Source: an uncultured delta proteobacterium
GTDB lineage: Bacteria > Desulfobacterota > Binatia > UBA9968
Assembly: GCA_963771465.1 (NCBI GenBank)
Contig: CAVYTU010000007.1
Coordinates: 64,001 to 128,000, forward strand
DNA length: 64,000 nucleotides
Direction of reading: 5' to 3'
Shown: in pieces, positions 60,693 to 64,000 of the stretch
Numbering within the stretch: the stretch's first letter is position 1
Layout of the letters: each line of letters starts with the position of its first letter
Notes under the pieces: model-generated
What the model was told of the DNA's origin: nothing
The model's database searches: none
Seen by the model: only the letters and a program-made list of their open reading frames with translations
Made by a program: the position numbers and the translations under genes

Positions 60693-61796
60693 TTGGCCCA
60701 GTCTCGCTGGAGCGATCAAGAGCGGCGCTACCTCCGTTTGGCGTGCCGCTTGGCGCGCAAAGCCGCCGGTCGCACCAGTCCCAATCCCATCGTCGGCGCG
60801 GTGCTGGTGCGCGGCGGCAAGATCGTCGGCACTGGCTACCATCGAAAGGCCGGCGGCGATCACGCTGAAATCGTCGCGCTAAAAACTGCCGGGACGAAAG
60901 CCCAAGGCGCGACGCTTTATATTACCCTGGAACCTTGCAGCCACTATGGCCGCACGCCGCCGTGCGCCGATGCGCTGATTCGCGCCGGCATTAAGGCCGT
61001 CGTTGCCGGCATGGGTGACCCCAATCCGCGTGTTGCCGGTCGTGGCTTCGATAAACTTCGCCGTGCCGGTATCAAAGTTCAAGTTGGTGCATGCGAAACT
61101 GAATGCCGACAATTGCTTGAAGCTTTTTCGAAATTCATCACTCGGCGCATTCCCTTTGTGACGCTCAAGCTCGCCGCGACACTCGACGGAAAGATCGCGA
61201 CTGCAAGCGGCGATTCGCGCTGGATCAGCGGCCCAGCGTCGCGCGCGCGGGTGCACCGATGGCGCAATGAAATGGATGCCGTGCTGGTCGGTGTGGAGAC
61301 CGTGCGCGCCGATGATCCGCAGTTGACTTGCCGGATTGTCGGCGGGCGTAATCCCTATCGGTTGGTGCTCGATAGCCGCTTGCGCATTTCGCTGACGGCG
61401 CAACTGCTACGGCAGAAGGATTCTGAGAAAACTATTATCGCCACGACCACAAAAGTATCAGCGGCAAAAATTCGCGCTATCCAAGCCCTCGGCGCGCAGG
61501 TCTGGTGTTTGCCTGGGCGCGACAATCGCATCGCTTGGCAGCCATTGCTAAAAAAACTCGCGGCACAAGGAGTAGTCAGCGTCCTCATCGAGGGCGGCGC
61601 GGCGGTGGCGGCGTCGGCGCTCAAAAATAACCTTGTCGATAAGGTCGAGTTCTTTTATGCGCCGAAAATTCTCGGCGGCGACGGCCGCGCGATGATCGGC
61701 GGTTTAGCGATAGGCAAGATGGCCCGGGCGATTCAGGTGAAAAATCTGACCGTGCGCAAATCGGGCGACGACATTTGGGTTACAGGATATTTGTGA
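60693..61796 (+). CDS. ribD: Pyrimidine deaminase/reductase
   Basis: TSPNP.VG, HAE, TLEPCSHYGRTPPC, LDGKIA, SRWIS and IEGG. Confidence 0.96.
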   Translation: MAQSRWSDQERRYLRLACRLARKAAGRTSPNPIVGAVLVRGGKIVGTGYHRKAGGDHAEIVALKTAGTKAQGATLYITLEPCSHYGRTPPCADALIRAGIKAVVAGMGDPNPRVAGRGFDKLRRAGIKVQVGACETECRQLLEAFSKFITRRIPFVTLKLAATLDGKIATASGDSRWISGPASRARVHRWRNEMDAVLVGVETVRADDPQLTCRIVGGRNPYRLVLDSRLRISLTAQLLRQKDSEKTIIATTTKVSAAKIRAIQALGAQVWCLPGRDNRIAWQPLLKKLAAQGVVSVLIEGGAAVAASALKNNLVDKVEFFYAPKILGGDGRAMIGGLAIGKMARAIQVKNLTVRKSGDDIWVTGYL

Positions 61797-61823
61797 TCCC
61801 CATCGACAGGAAGAATTGGCTCC

Positions 61824-62417
61824 ATGTTTACCGGATTGATTGAAGACGTTGGCAGGATTGGCGCGCTTAGATTTAAACACGGCTCGGCGGTGTTGACGGT
61901 AAAAACCAAGCTGGCGGTGCGCAGGATGGCGCTCGGCGCCAGTGTGGCGGTGAACGGCGCGTGCTTGACCGTCGTGAAGAAGCTCAGTGGCGCGTTTACG
62001 GTCGACGTCTCGCCGGAAACCCTGGCGCGAACCAACCTAGAAAAACTTTCCCTGGGCAGCTTGGTCAATTTGGAACAACCGATGCGTTTGCAAGAGCGGC
62101 TGGGTGGCCATCTCGTCACCGGCCATGTGGACGGCGTCGGCACTGTGGTATCGATACGCAAACATGGCGAGTTTACGATGTTCACTTTTAACGTCCCGGC
62201 GCGTCTGGGCCGGCTGCTGGTGTCCAAGGGGTCGGTGGCGGTGGACGGTGTCAGTCTCACCGTAAACGAATGCCGGCGCGACCGATTTTCCGTCGCAATC
62301 ATCCCGTTCACCTTGCGGCACACTAATTTGCAGGGCCGCAGGGTTGGTGATAAAGTCAATATCGAAACCGACCTGATCGGCAAGTACGTTCATAGTTTCC
62401 TAGAAAAGCGCCGCTGA
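61824..62417 (+). CDS. ribE: Riboflavin synthase
   Basis: MFTGLIE, VNGACLTV, GGHLVTGHVDG and KGSVAVDGVSLTV. Confidence 0.96.
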   Translation: MFTGLIEDVGRIGALRFKHGSAVLTVKTKLAVRRMALGASVAVNGACLTVVKKLSGAFTVDVSPETLARTNLEKLSLGSLVNLEQPMRLQERLGGHLVTGHVDGVGTVVSIRKHGEFTMFTFNVPARLGRLLVSKGSVAVDGVSLTVNECRRDRFSVAIIPFTLRHTNLQGRRVGDKVNIETDLIGKYVHSFLEKRR

Positions 62418-62451
62418 TTTACCAATAACGGTGCTTCAAGAAGTTTGATTC

Positions 62452-63678
62452 ATGCCCATTTCGACCATCGAGCAAGGTATCGAAGATATCCGCAACGGCC
62501 GGATGGTGATCCTGGTCAACGAGGACGCACCCGACAGCGATGGCTTTTTCTGCTTGGCGGCAGAGAAGGTGTCAGCCGAGAGCATCAATCACATGATGCA
62601 CCATGGGCGCGGCATTATTTATGTCACCTTGACCGACGAAAGAATCCGCGAGCTGTGTATTCCGATGGTGTCGGCGGAAAATAGTTTGCTGTCGGGTTTG
62701 CTCAGCGGCGCGTCTTTTTCGGTGAACCTGCCGGGCGTGCATGGAGTCTCGGCCCAAGGTCGAGCCCACACCATCCGCGCGGTTATTTCGGATGAGATCA
62801 AACATGGCGAGCTGGTTGTTCCTGGTCACGTGCAACCTTTGCAAGCTCGCACCGGCGGAGTGTTGGCTCGCTCGGGGCGGACCGATGCGTCGGTGGATTT
62901 GGCGCGCTTGGCGGGCTTTAAACCGGCAGGCGTGATTTGCCAGATCCTCGAAGAAGACGGTTCCATTGCGTTGCTGCCGTCGTTGGCCAAGCTCGCAGAG
63001 CGCCAGGGGCTAAAAATTCTTTCCGTGGCGAGCTTGATCGCTTATCGCTTGCGCAACGAGAGTCTGGTCGTGCGGGTCGCCGAAGAAGAGTTTCCGACGC
63101 TGCACGGCGGTAAATACAAAGCGATCGTTTACCGGAACGTGGTCGACGGCGCCGAGCATATGGCGCTGGTCAAAGGCGAAATTACCTCGAGCGACAACGT
63201 CTTGGTTCGACTGCATTCCGAATGTCTCACCGGCGATGTGTTTGGCTCGGAGCGCTGCGACTGCGGTGATCAGATCCGCCAATCACTACGCCAAATCGAT
63301 GAGCAAGGCAGCGGCGTGCTGGTTTATATGCATCAGGAAGGGCGCGGCATCGGACTTACCAACAAGATCCGAGCTTATGCATTGCAGGATCAGGGACGCG
63401 ATACCGTGGAAGCCAATCTGGAGTTGGGCTTCAAAGAAGATCTCCGCGATTACGGCATTGGCGCGCAGATTCTCCGCGACCTGCACGTTGAAAAAGTGTC
63501 CTTGCTGACCAACAATCCGCGCAAGATCTCCGGCCTGGAAAATTACGGCGTCAAAGTCATCGAGAGAGTGCCGCTGGAAATTTCGCCGCGCGACTCTAAT
63601 ATACACTATCTCAGGACTAAGCAGAGCAAGCTCGGCCATATGCTGTCCAATCTCGAAGGCAAGCCGGTGAAACACTAG
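62452..63678 (+). CDS. ribBA: RibBA fusion: degenerate DHBP synthase domain + intact GTP cyclohydrolase II
   Basis: C-half has [30 protein letters not shown] and LLTNNPRK. N-half has the RibB fold but with catalytic motifs substituted. Confidence 0.92.
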   Translation: MPISTIEQGIEDIRNGRMVILVNEDAPDSDGFFCLAAEKVSAESINHMMHHGRGIIYVTLTDERIRELCIPMVSAENSLLSGLLSGASFSVNLPGVHGVSAQGRAHTIRAVISDEIKHGELVVPGHVQPLQARTGGVLARSGRTDASVDLARLAGFKPAGVICQILEEDGSIALLPSLAKLAERQGLKILSVASLIAYRLRNESLVVRVAEEEFPTLHGGKYKAIVYRNVVDGAEHMALVKGEITSSDNVLVRLHSECLTGDVFGSERCDCGDQIRQSLRQIDEQGSGVLVYMHQEGRGIGLTNKIRAYALQDQGRDTVEANLELGFKEDLRDYGIGAQILRDLHVEKVSLLTNNPRKISGLENYGVKVIERVPLEISPRDSNIHYLRTKQSKLGHMLSNLEGKPVKH

Positions 63679-63699
63679 TTCTTCTGCCAGCGAAGATTC

Positions 63700-64000
63700 A
63701 TGGCTACTATTGTCGAAGGAAAACAGGAGGCCGATGGTCTTAGGATCGCCATTGTTGTCAGCCGCTTCAATAATTTCATTACTGAGAAGTTACTGGACGG
63801 TGCCCTTGATGGCTTTTCCAGCCACGGCGGCGCGGAAAGTAATCTGACCGTGGTGCGCGTGCCCGGCGCCTTTGAGATTCCCATCGTCGCGGACAGGCTA
63901 GCGGCGAGCGGCAAGTTCGACGCATTGGTTTGTTTAGGTGCGGTGATTCGCGGCGACACGCCGCACTTCGATTACGTTTGTGACGCGGTGACGCGCGGGA
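63700..64000 (+). CDS. ribH: Lumazine synthase (3' end outside window)
   Basis: Read from ATG 63700: MATIVEG...[41 protein letters not shown]. Missing from the ORF track because it has no stop in the window. Confidence 0.95.
   Translation, partial: MATIVEGKQEADGLRIAIVVSRFNNFITEKLLDGALDGFSSHGGAESNLTVVRVPGAFEIPIVADRLAASGKFDALVCLGAVIRGDTPHFDYVCDAVTRG

Overview
A 64 kb stretch of a GC-rich bacterial chromosome. Gene content and order resemble Deltaproteobacteria-like lineages such as Candidatus Binatia (inference only). The left half (about 1-40 kb) is accessory metabolism. It holds a putative Pho-regulated phytase-like gene plus ppk1, then an extended selenoneine/ergothioneine locus: senB-senA with a co-oriented GH84 GlcNAcase, an FGE-domain/LysE/desaturase trio, egtD and a divergent EgtUV/Opu-type ABC importer, with no senC/selD in the window. 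Further on are tandem TPP-enzyme paralogues with a bicupin, a hydrolase-aldolase-PrpD operon, acnA and rlpA. The right half is mostly housekeeping: yebC-ruvCAB, queG, yceD-rpmF-plsX-fabD-fabG-acpP-rpiB-glyA-nrdR-ribD-ribE-ribBA-ribH. Main finds: (1) an NtrY-type kinase followed by one ORF fusing an intact receiver domain to an intact LpxC, a candidate for direct phospho-control of lipid A synthesis; (2) the selenoneine locus with extra GH84 and transporter genes; (3) several apparent pseudoenzymes (RibB half of RibBA, an HtrA-like protein, a zincin-like lipoprotein); (4) a diverged non-coding repeat of about 63 bp present twice. I saw no tRNA, rRNA, CRISPR array or transposase. All family calls come from motif recognition by eye; no database search was run.
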